NCBI GenBank assembly: GCA_965287045.1
Contig: OZ336872.1
Coordinates: forward strand, 27,404,001-27,468,000
DNA from: Carcharhinus amblyrhynchos
Lineage: Eukaryota
Direction: 5' to 3'
DNA length: 64,000 nt
A program made the translations under genes and the position numbers. The notes below the pieces were generated by a model. It saw only the letters and a program-made list of their open reading frames with translations. It did no database searches and was not told the origin of the DNA. Of this stretch, positions 23,366-34,878 are shown piece after piece. Each line of letters begins with the position of its first letter. Position 1 is the first letter of the stretch.

Positions 23366-25044
23366 TGTTATGCATTGAATGGTGTTAGGAAAGAGAGTTG
23401 GTTTAAATAATTAGTATTTGTGTTTATTAGAATGAAGTATAAGTTAAACTAATTTGTATTTCTCAGGGGTGGGGGGGGAGGTGAGAAGGCAGGATTCTCT
23501 GGTCAATCCTCAATGTGTTTTGCGTAGCAGGAAGTGGCACTCCATTTTCCAGCAACAGGATTTTCTGGTCACTGCTGTCAATGGGATTTCCTATTGACTG
23601 CACCCCATGTCTCTGGGAAGCCCATGGTAGTGGTACATCGTTGGTGGGTGCAGGAGATCCCACCAGTGTGAACACTCGGACAATTCAGGCACGGCACTCA
23701 TGTGCTAAGAAAAGGTTAAAACTTTAGTTAGCTTCATATTGAACAAAGGTACCTGCATGTCTGTGGGTTTTGGTCTCACTTTAAACCATGCCTGCTTTGT
23801 AATCAAAGGTTTACGCTGTAAAATCAATTGTAGAGGTAAAATAATGGGATGTTGCTGAGCAACCAGAGACCCACACTGAAGAGTAGAAACATTTGGGTTT
23901 ACTTTGGAACCACGTATCTGAGAAGAATACAACTTTCACAGAAACTGCCTGAAATAAGGGACAGAAACCAAATCCTAGAAGCTAAAGAACAGATAGTTCT
24001 CGAAACTAGGGGATGAAAGAGGAGCCCCAGGAAGACTGAGTCCAAGGGACCAAGAACTAGAATCTGAACAAGATACTGTTCGCTAAAGTTAAAGGGGCAG
24101 AGAGAGAGGCTTTCAGTTAAAGATAGAGCTGCAATGTGTAGACCTGATGAAGTCAGCTAGCAATAAACAAGACATTTGAAATAATCTTAAGGTTGGTGAT
24201 ACCTTAATTTAGCCTGTGCAACAGTGGTGTTCTGTTGGCATGGCTGGATACCTGCAAGATTTCTATGAAGCTTGGATACATGTGAAATCCAAGGCAGAGA
24301 TATATTAAAAGGAGAGTTTGAAATCCTGGATGTGGAACCCTGGCGAAGACGCCTAATACAAAACATTGTATGGGAGAAGATTTCAAAGTGTGTTCTTTGA
24401 GACTGGTGATTGGAAACCGGTGTGTGGAAGTTAAAATTCCAGTGAGACAGTTGGTTCACAATGTAACAAGCGTCTGGGAGGATTTGATGAGAAATCCACA
24501 GAAGTTGAATTGGTGGCATCTGTCACTTTGTTTCAAAGTGTAATGTGTCTGGCCACATTTCACTTATTGGTTTACCTGGACTGTGTACTTACTGACAGCA
24601 TTAGAGTTTAAGATATCTTGTATCTTGAGTAATCCTTATAGATCTGTGTCTATCCGTGAAGTTTTAGTGGAAGTGAAGGAGTAGTGTATTATTGTTAATC
24701 TTTACTTGTCGAATAAAAGTCCAAAGTCGCGCAGGTCAGATGGATTGATCATGCCAAACTCCTCTTTAGAGTCCTAAAATTTATAGATTATGGGGATTAG
24801 CAGGGATAGAGCCTGGGTAAAATTCTCCTTTGGAAAGTTGGTGCAGACTCAATGGGCTAAATGGATTCTTTCTGCACTGTATGGATTCTATGAAAAGTTT
24901 TATTATTTTGTTAAAAGTCAATTGGCCATGCCCTGACTCTGTCATACAGATCTCCAAACAAAATATAAAAGTTATGATCTATTGGGCCAGGATTCTGTTC
25001 CGAGGTCTGACTGTCCAGCAATAATATCAGCTGGGACCGTAACA
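23366..25044 (+). repeat. 3' LTR (left boundary uncertain: 23366 or ~23481), interrupted by a MITE (~23487-23690) and a SINE fragment (~24718-24893)
   Basis: Collinear homology with the 5' LTR, ending cgtaaca. The purine run at 23465-23480 could be the PPT. Confidence 0.75.
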
Positions 25045-25204
25045 CCATTTAAGTAACTGACGTTGACAATGTAAGCAGTTGCAGGGCTAACTTCATTTAA
25101 TTATGGTATGTTGTTAAAAATAACAGTATACATGAATCAATGGATGGAAACAAAACAATAGTTGCATATCCCGGATAATGCAAATTTATTTACGCAAGGG
25201 AATA

Positions 25205-26420
25205 CTGGGGGGGGTGAGTGGTGATTCTCCCAAAGAAATTCTAAGTGTTGAATTCATGTGAAAACTGGACTAAATCACGCTGTTTTTTTTCAGCGGGAGT
25301 TTGAAAATGAATCTCCCACATTCCGTGCACTGCAAAGTGCACTAGCGTAAATCACACTGAAAACCAGTGGGTAGGACTGGAGAGGCTGGCAGCATAGCGC
25401 TGAGTGTACCCGGTCAGGCAGCACAGAGATTGGCCCTTGCCTACTGGCCTCCCGATCGCTGGCTAGCTCGATCATTGACCAGCCCTGTGACCACCCCCTC
25501 CACATTGCTGGCTGTGCGACTCCCCTATGGCCCAATCACTGGCTCCCAGACCATATCCAGGCCGAGCTACGAACCCCTCTCTCCCCAATACCATCACTGC
25601 AGTGCCAACCCTCCCCGCCTGCAGTCCTGCCCCCCTCATCCCCAGACCACCCTGATCTTGACCTCCCTCCTTCCCGCTTCAATGCTGTCTGCAGACTGGC
25701 AGCAGGACCCACCGATTGTCCCACCAATGTTTTCTATTAGGGGTCTTCGCCAGGGATCCACATCCAGGATTTCAGACTCTCCTTTCAATATATCTGCCTT
25801 GGATTTCACATGTATTCAGGCTCTGCCCCTATCAGGCCTCACCCACCCCCCCCATATGCTCTGCGTCCTTGGCACTGCCCCATACCTGATGGGCAGTGCC
25901 AAGGTGCCCCCAGTCATTGGAATTTTCCCCCTTGGGCAGAGCCAGGGGCACAGACTGGCACTGCCTAGGTGCCAATGCCCAGTGGCACCCCCTGCTGATC
26001 AATCCTGTGGGGGGCCCCAATTCCATCCTTCCCTCCCCCCTTCACTCCAGCAGGATCAGGCCATCAGCTTCCTGAAAGTGAGGAGTTATTGTAAACTGTG
26101 CTGGAGTGAAATACTCCTAGCTGGAGACATGGTGGGAGGGGTGGGGAGCGTAGGAGGAGTGTTGAGGGAGTGGCTAGCGGGCCCAGAGGCTTCAACCCCT
26201 GGCCCGCTAATCATGTTTAAATTATACTAAAATCTGCCCCTGCATACCTAAAGCAAATCTGCACCTATTTTTGGCGTGGAGCTGATGGCGCCAGAAATCT
26301 GGCACTGGAAGAGGTGCTCAGGTCCGGATGCTTAGCGTGGATTGGGCTAACCTGGACCTGCTGAAATCTCCCAGCCCACTGCAGTAATAAATTAGCACAA
26401 TGGGATGAGAGAATCACCTG
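25205..26420. mobile_element. GC-rich MITE-like element containing an inverted piece of the neighbouring LTR
   Basis: ggtgattctccc / gagagaatcacc inverted ends and family motifs as at 4020-4510. Insert at 25725-25820. Confidence 0.6.
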
Positions 26421-27056
26421 CAGATTCCTAGGTCAGAATGTTTGTTCTTGAATTTGCTGCATTTTGGTCTGAACCCATGAGACATTGGCTTCAAACTCCC
26501 GATATGATTTTTGAAGGATAGACAGTTAGTGGCCAGAAAGTACATTTGCCATCCAGTTAAGGACAGTGGGCAAGCTCCTGAGGTCTGAGGATCATTTGCA
26601 GGCCCTCCAACAATGAGGTATCAGTAAGCCCAATCATCAGAAGTGAGAGCTGCCGATGCGAGCAGGATAGGGTAAAGTGAAAAGAAGCATCATCAAAAGA
26701 CTTTGTTAAAATATGAGGATAAAACTGGCTACAGATGCCAGACCAGTACTGTGGAGGGCACTTCTCCTTGAGGCAGCCTGAGGCTGCAGCTGTGGCTATC
26801 TCACATTTGTGGTTATGGGGTGGACAGGGGTGGGATGGTGGTGGTTGTGTTCAGAAATGTTGGATAAAACACCAGTCCCCCCGGTCTGCACTGTGCCCTC
26901 AACTGGTCTATTAACGTCCTTAATTAGCTAACCAATGCTTGCAGTTAACACGGTAGGCATCATCATCCTTCAGTCTATCAATCACCCACTGCTAAAGCGA
27001 CCCTGAGCTGGAAAATTGCCTGCCCACCTGCTTCCATTCTCTCCTTCATAGCCTTA

Positions 27057-27262
27057 GGGTGGAATTTTTCGGCTGTTCCCATCAGTGGGATCTTTCGGTC
27101 CCACCAGAGGAGACCTCTGCATGGTTGGTTCCCTGGTTGCAAGACAGGTAAGCCATGCAAAATGCTTAGATATCAGCAGGACCAGAAACTACTGCTGGCC
27201 ACCAATGACAAGCTGTCTCCACAACTGGAAAACATGCCACAGGGGGACTGGAAAATTCTGCT
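27057..27262. mobile_element. Short MITE
   Basis: gggtggaattttt...ggaaaattctgc termini. Internal similarity to 16785-16970. Confidence 0.5.
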
Positions 27263-28155
27263 TTAGATCTTTGTGCAGATGTCATTACCAAGATGCATAG
27301 TTATTTATAAAGCACAGTTATTCAACTTTATTCTTGAATATGTGTATCTGCCAGAAAAAGTGAGGACATGCCTTATTTTAAAAGTATAAGTTTTCAGTGC
27401 CTTGATCTAAAAGAGAGGAAATATAAAAATACAAAGTTTAAAGAGAAGCATTGCAAAAAGAAAATAATTAGAAAACATTACACTTGTAAATTAATTATGG
27501 CAGATTGTCTATGATTTGTAGGTTGCAACATTATCCTTTAGCCATGAATGAAAATTTTCAAAATGCAATCAAACATATATAACATCTCAGAGATGTTCTT
27601 TTGTATATTTGGTATAGTGAACTGGTAAATTGCTTTAGAACGATACTGTTCATAATTTTGCTATAACTAATACACAGAGGAATTTTCCCTGCACAGTTTT
27701 GTGAGTGGTTTCACTATAGCTACACAATGATGCCTATCTTTCATTTAGACAATGTTACATGTTATGAACTGGATACATGGGTTCTAAGTGCTGGATTTCC
27801 CCAATTCCGCCTCACAGGTTTTCGAATGTGAGCCACCCCGGCCCTGCTATTAGGTTGCTCACTCTCCTTCACAATCCATTGGATTAAACAGTCAAACTGT
27901 TTGGTGTTCTTTTTGTATAGACAGTATTCATAATTGTAATTAATAATTTCACTCTGGCCCATTAGCTATTTGGCTTGTTTTACCATTTATTATGAAAGAT
28001 GAAGCAAATGTTTATACACAAATTGTTTGATGTGACAATAAAAAGTGTTTTAAGATAAATAGCACCAGTTAGTGTAATGCCTAGCGGTGCACAGAACACA
28101 AAGTATTGAAGTATTATCTGACTTGTCTTTCGTTAGTTTGATGTTCACGGTGCTA

Positions 28156-28440
28156 GGGCAGCACGGTGGCACAGTGATTAGCACTATTGCCAGGGTCCCG
28201 GGTTCGATTCCTGGCTTGGGTCACTGCCTGTGCGGAGTCTGCACGGCCTCTCCCTGTCTGCATGGGTTTCCTTCAGTGCTTCAGTTTCCTCTCAGTTCGA
28301 AAGGCATGCTGGTTAGGTGGATTGGCCATGCTAAATTCTCCCTCAGTGTACCCGAACAAGTGCTGGAGTGTGGCGACTAGAGGATTTTCACAGTAATTTC
28401 ATTGCAGTGGTAATGTGAGCTTACTTGAGACTAATAAATA
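28156..28440 (+). mobile_element. tRNA-derived V-SINE (HE1-like head, alternative tail)
   Basis: A-box tggcacagtgattagc, B-box ggttcgattcc, V-domain ggtggattggccatgctaaatt. Tail ggcgactag..gattttcacagtaa..aataaa. Confidence 0.85.
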
Positions 28441-29299
28441 ACCTGAAAATTAAAACGGATTTGATAACATTGTGATGATCTATGTTCCTGATTTCTTGTT
28501 TTAAGAGCTATTTATTTATATTTTTTAAATGTCAGGGTGTGCAACATTACTGCATATATACACGTAAATCAATTTTGTGGAAACTTTATGTTAAACATTG
28601 TTTTCAGTATTCGCTCTAATAGTTGTGTGAACATATTATCAACTATCTGGAAGACCTTGCAGCAGATCTGATTTTTATTGCACGAGCTCATAAATTAAAG
28701 AAAAGAAAAAGGCATCAAGCGTGATCTTACTGGCTGTTTATGATATGCTTCCACTGCAGCGAGGTCGGAGAATTTGACACCCAGTCAAATCTCTCTTCAC
28801 TCAAACGGGATGGGAAAATTCTGCCAGGGTGAACGGTCATAACAGAAAATAAGTTTGAGTGAAGCGTTAATAATGATGCAACAAGATAGTAAAAATGAGA
28901 ATAACAGGGAGATGCAAAATACAATGTACATGCAATGATGGGAAAAATACATTAGAGGGATAAATTTCCATGAGTCAGATTATTCTGTCGGAGTCTCTTT
29001 TCCATTGCATTTATGTTGAATTTAAATTTGCGCATACAACTGTGCACACTACCTTGTGAAAGCCATGATTTGAAACAATTCCATTCTATATAAGGAACTA
29101 ATTAGAATTTTCACATTAAAAAAACAAGCAAGTTTTGAAATTGTGGAGATTGGCTGGATGCACAGTGATTAATATGTGAAAATAATTGTCATATATCCTA
29201 TGGTTTGAATGATATGCTGCATCAAAGTATGTTACTCACGAACTGTACACGAGTGTAAAAAGTGCATTTAATTATAACACAATACTCAAGTGTCCATTT

Positions 29300-29845
29300 G
29301 CTTCAAGCAAAATTTGAAAACAAACCACCTTAAGAAATATTTAGAGCCAATGGCTAAAATCTTGGTCAAAGAGGTAAGTTTAAAGTATATCATAGAGGAT
29401 AAAAGAGAGGCAGCGGGGTTTCGGGAGAGAATTCCTGAGCATTGGGGCTCAGCAACAGAGAGAATGGCTGCCAGTGTTGAAGCAATTAGGGATGCTCAAG
29501 AGGCCAGAATTAATAAACCACAGATATTTTGAAGAGTTATGTGGCTGGAGGAGATCACAGAGATAGGGAGGGCTGAGGCCAAGGAAGAATTCAAAAGCAG
29601 TGAATCTTAAGATTGAGGTATTGCTTAACCCAGAACTACTGTGGGTCAGTGAAGATAGGGACAATGGATGAATGGAACTTGGTGTGACTTTGCATGCAGG
29701 AAGCTTTGAATGGCCAAAAGTTAACAGAGGGAAAAACATGAAGGCTGACCAGACGTGCAATGGAACATTCAATGTGGAGTTAATAAAGGTATGGGTGAGG
29801 CTTTCAGTTAAACTGAGGTGGGCTGGAATGAGGCAATGTTGCAAC
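29300..29845 (-). mobile_element. L2-type LINE 3' remnant
   Basis: Minus strand HLSLTESLTHTFINSTLN and GLSPPYLCDLLQPHN are typical of the L2 ORF2 C-terminus. Confidence 0.7.
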
Positions 29846-30309
29846 CAAAGTTCAAAATCCTGAGAGGGTTTAACAGACTAGATAGGGATAAATTGTACCC
29901 AATTGTGGAAGGTTGAAGAACCAGAGACATTGATATAAGATGAATGGCTGCAACCAACAGTGGCATGAGAAAATAGTATTCCACAGAGAGTGGTTAGGAT
30001 CTAGAATATACTAAGTGTGTGTTAATACCCATTTAAAGGCTGTTTGAAAACCAGTGATAGGCAGGAAACTTGTTGGATAACTTTGTGGTCAAGTGAGTTG
30101 GGGTTGGGGTTGGTGTGTGCCTAATCATGGGACCCAACATTAGAAGGGGTGGATTGGAGATACACTTAAAGCCACCTTCTTTACTCTTTGCTCTGAACCC
30201 CCACCTCCCCACCCTCTGCTGTCCCTTTTCAGTGGCAATGTAATTTGCCAGCTCCTGATTGGACAATAGCTCCCTGGAGAAGAATTTTCTCTCCACACGG
30301 ACATTCCCT

Positions 30310-30580
30310 AAGGAGCCTGGAATGGATCTGGAGTCATGTAAGACCAGATTAGGTAAGACTGGCAGATTTCCTTCCCTTCAGGACATTAGTGAACCTGATG
30401 GGTTTTTAGGACAATCGACAATGGTTTCATAGTCACCATTAGACTTTTAATTCTAGATTTTTGCTGAATTTAGATTTCACCATCTGTCACGGCAGGATTT
30501 GAACCCAAGTCCTTAGAACATTATCTTGGGTTTCTGGATTATTAATCCTGTGACAATGCCACAATGTCCCTGCCTCCTCT
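30310..30580 (-). mobile_element. Deu-domain SINE (SacSINE1-like) fragment
   Basis: ggcagatttccttccc..aggacattagtgaacc.gatgggttttt core and B-box on the minus strand (ggatttgaaccc). Homologous to 42320-42990. Confidence 0.7.
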
Positions 30581-33079
30581 AATGATTAACTTGGGGTTCC
30601 CAGAGCAAGTTGGCAGGGATGCTGCCAGTTTCGGTGGGATTCTTACCAACCTATAACTCCAAAGATGCAAATAAGCTCTCTTAGTGTTGGGGCTGTTGTG
30701 TGTTCAAAAGGTCACCTGGGATCAGTAGTAAGAGCAAAGCCGAGAGCAGCTGATGCAACTTCAGACTGTTTCCAAGGTGAGGGATGGAGTTGGTGGCTAG
30801 AGAACAGAGATAATAAACCTGATTATTGGAGAAAAATCACTAATGCTGAGGAGCAGACATAGGTGAGCTCTTGAGAAGTGGTAGTAGCAGTGATTAATAT
30901 TAAGACAGTTGGTTAGTTGTAGGGGATACACATCTTACTAGGTTAACATTCCAGTTGATGATACAAATCAAGCAGCAGTATACACTGTAAATTAGACATT
31001 AATGTAAGCAAATTCATTGCCTTAGGTATTCACTGTCACCTTTAATACATGTGATGTTGTACAACAGTTATTTGTACTACCATTTGCAACACCAGTGGCG
31101 TCTGCCAATGGGATTCTTTTGCGACCCATAAGCACATGAAGAACATCTCTCATTGGTTGTTTTGATATTGCTGTGGATACTTTTTGCTGTTGTCGGTTCA
31201 CTGGGACAACAATGTTCTGGCCCTTAATTGTAAGAAAGATCAGTGGATATCATCAGGAGATGCCCTTTAGCAGTGGAATACATGGAGCAGTGCAAAAGCT
31301 GCTGGGGTAATACTGCTATCAGCAGATGTTCAGTGTCATCACAGAGCCTGTATAAGTGAGAGTTGATGCTGACTCTGGAAGCGGTGGGCCCACAGCAACT
31401 CCAGCAGAAGATGTGCTCAGATTTAATCACCCTTATAACCCTTGCAACTCTCTACTTCCTCTGTTCATTCATCTACCTGAGGGAACATTTAGTCACAATG
31501 CATATGGACTGCCAATATGAAGTTCATGACGCACTACAGACAGGCACAACAGAAAAAGCATTAGATACATGCACGACAAGCATTGAAAATGCAATAAAAT
31601 TAAATTACCTTTAATACTTGATGCAGTCTGCTTGCTTTTTCTTTGTGGTGAACTCCAATGGTAGTGCACAGCAGATGGTTAACTGTCCCTGCAGGTCTTC
31701 CTGGATCAGGTGAGCCTAAAACCCCTCATCCATAAACTCCTAATCAATCCCAGGTGATACACCTGCTGCTTGGGCTAATACTGACCACAAGTCATGTGTA
31801 CCCTATACCTCTGTGCTCCAAGTCCCCCCTCACAGCCCATGCTGTCACAGAAAAATGTCTGAATATTTAATTTTGGCATGGATTTATACAGTTTTTTTCC
31901 AGGAATCAATGCATCCTCAAATAGCAACTGGCAATACTATTTTGTAACTAATATTTAAGTGTCAAAATAACATAATTGGCTAATTAGACACATTTGAAAA
32001 GTCCAAATCAAATTAGATACCCTTCTTTTGGTATAACAAGAGTTGTGTGGTTCCCCTTTCTTTTAACAACTTTTTGTCTTTAACCCCCAATATCTTTCTC
32101 GCACTAAAATATTTCCTTCTTCCTTCCCACCTCTTTAATCAAGGCACCTAACCACATTCCCAGCCGAAAAGTAGTTAAAAGAGCTTTTCCTTTCTGTGCA
32201 GTTGTGCAACAAGCCACTGGGAGGTGCATGAGAGCTGATTACACTGGCCACTTTCATTTCCTCTAATGCAACATTTCAGTTCTGCTTGATGCCCTCCCCT
32301 GATAGTCCCAGAAAGAGATTGTAACTTTGTTTGTTGTTTTATTGATATTTTATAAGAAAGGGAACTCTTGTAACATAATTTTATTGTCATTTACTAGAAC
32401 TCATTCAGTATACTCGAATTGCAATTGTGCTTTTTTTAAGAGTCTTTCTTGGATCTATGATCCTTCATTGTGACAAACATAAAGTCAGCCGCCCAACAGC
32501 TTAATTCATATCAATGACACATTTTGAGAATGAGCATGGAGTAGCAAAATAAATGAGTAAAGATTTACTCTATTCTCAATGGGATTGTCAGTCCATCGTT
32601 CTCAGTTTAGTAATACTACTTTTTACTGCATTCTTTCAACCCCAGAAAATATTTTAATGACGGTAAATCTCGCTCTTCAGTGATTCATTGAATTTTTCTT
32701 AGAAATTCTGAGCACAAGGTTAGAAGACTTAGCCTTCTGTTTTTAAGACTATTTTGTTCAGTAAATGGGCAGATAATAATAAGCCGACAATGCAAGACAC
32801 TCCTGAGAGAAGCTCTAATAAGTCATACAAAGAGGCACTAATGAAACTAAAACCAATTAATGTTACTTTTTTGAATTTTTAAAATTGTAGATCGAACTAA
32901 GTATATAATAAAGGTACAATAAAAATAAAAATATGTAAACACTGGAGATGTAAACCAAAAACAGGAAATTTCTGAAAATACACATTCTGTCAGAACAGAA
33001 AGGTCAATATTTACAATACCGTCTCCAGAGTTATACCCAAAATATTAATTAAGTCTTTGCTTTCCATAGACACTAATTT

Positions 33080-33385
33080 GGGCAGCACAGTGGTTAGCAC
33101 TGCTGCCTCACAGCACCAAGGACCCAGGTTCAATTCTGGCCTCAGGTCACTGTCCGCGTGGAGTTAGCATGTTCTCCCTGCGTCTGCGTGGGTTTCCTCC
33201 GGGTGCTCTAGTTTCCACCCACAGTCCAAAGCTGTGGGGGTTAGGTTGATTGGCCATGTTAAATTAACCCTAGTGTTAGGGGGATGAGTAGGGTAAATAC
33301 GTGGGGTTATGGGAATAGGGTCTGGGTGGGATTGTGGTCGGTGCACACTCAATGGGCCTCCTTCTGCACTGTAGGAATTCTTTGA
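33080..33385 (+). mobile_element. HE1-type V-SINE with CR1-like tail, nested in a degenerate palindromic element (~32930-33430)
   Basis: A/B boxes, V-domain and tail aatgggcctccttctgcactgtaggaattct. Confidence 0.85.
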
Positions 33386-34878
33386 TCTTCTCTGACACTC
33401 AGTCAATTTCCAGCATTTTCTATTTCCTAAAGTAATCTTTTCAAACATAGTCACTGGGATTATTTAATCCAAGCTATTGCTGATGTAGTATGTTGTATAT
33501 TTTTTCAGTAAGTCTCGGCAGCAATGTTGCTCTTGAAAATGTGCAGCTTTTGCAATATATCCCTTCTTTAGTGGAAACCAGACCAGGTACAAGATCACAG
33601 CTTTGCACCCATATTTTTACAAAGGCCTGGTTGGGATGGAGTTACTGTCTTCTGACAAGTTAATTGACATGTGAGTGGTAGGTGCACTCAGGGCAGGAAT
33701 TAGGGGGGGTGCTCATTGATGGCTATGGGATCAAGCTGTTTTAAGGCGCAGATCCCTGAAAATCTGGTCATCATTATATTTTTAAATTGCAAAGGAAGCT
33801 GAGAGTTATTATTTTCTTTGATGGTGTTAAGAGACTGGATTTGAATATAACCCCCAATCCTGATTATTCAAATTGACAGTAGTGTCAGTGCAGACCAGAG
33901 GGGCCAAAGGCCTCTTCTGCGCTGTAAGAATCCACGATTCCATACTTAGGGTAGTGCCCCATATACTCTGACTCTGCTGAAGGTATTTAAGTTTCAAGAT
34001 CTCCCCATATCTAGCAATCTTTAATAGGATTAGTAGCTGTCAAGAACACTTAAACTAAGTTGTGTAGCCTCCTGGATTCCCAAAATCTTTATCTCCTGCC
34101 CATGAAGATACAGGGCAAAATTTGGATTTTTGTAATTCTTATCATTTTGAGATTAGGTGAGGGGAACCTGTGCTAACTGTAGCTTGCTGTATAATAATGA
34201 AATGATGGCAGCATCATCTTTGTAACAGTGAGGCAGTTTTATACAGTGCTGCTTTGGGAATAGGAAATCCAGTAAGAAATGTGTTTTACTTTACCGGAAA
34301 GCCGATTCTGATTGCCCAACAAGTAATGTATTTTCTAATGACCAATTATATTGTGATACATTAGTAGTTCAAATACAATGGCAGTATCGACAACTAGAAA
34401 ATGCTAGTCTTGCAGCTGCTGTGCTTATTGAGCACAATACCATTGATTAATTTAAGAGGTTCAAGGTGAATCGGGTTCAGTGAAGTGCATTTTTTAAAGT
34501 AACTTAGGTGGAGTTATGTGTGATTTCAGGGAATTAATTTGCATACTGGGTATTTGTAGTTTTGCTTGAAAAATTCTGTCTGCTAAAGAAATTGACACTC
34601 CCCCCACCACCCCCACCGCCCCCCCCCACCCCCAGCAGATATAGATAATTCCTTATCTAAGAAGTAGTTAATTTTGAAGCAAATTTTTCACCTACTGTAG
34701 GCTCTGTCATAAAATAGCTGAAGACAGATTAATTACCTTTGTGGCTTTTATGACTTGAATATTGAATTCTTTTGAGCATGCACTCAGTTGAAGAATCTTT
34801 CAACAGAGATGCAATGTGACAAAGTCCTTACACTTCGGTTTCCATTCCATTTGGGATACAGTTTGGGTGAGGGTCTAT

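Larger units (their letters stand above)
18712..25044 (+). mobile_element. Non-autonomous Gypsy (Gmr1-like, SCAN-gag) LTR retrotransposon carrying a captured TPR-like fragment
   Basis: Two homologous LTRs with TGTTA...TAACA outer termini. Near-TSD acatt/ccatt. gag and protease remnants are present, but no RT or integrase motifs were seen. Confidence 0.85.

Noticed and set aside
25367-26230. Longest ORF in the window (287 aa)
   Set aside because: Lies wholly within a GC-rich MITE, reads through an inverted LTR insert, is Pro/Ser-rich with no domain, and is expected by chance in stop-poor sequence
28156-28230. tRNA gene-like A/B boxes
   Set aside because: They are SINE heads followed by a V-domain and tail, with no cloverleaf; the same holds for the other copies
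30620-31850. Possible Harbinger-derived coding remnant
   Set aside because: Only vague similarity with no diagnostic motif, so it is not called
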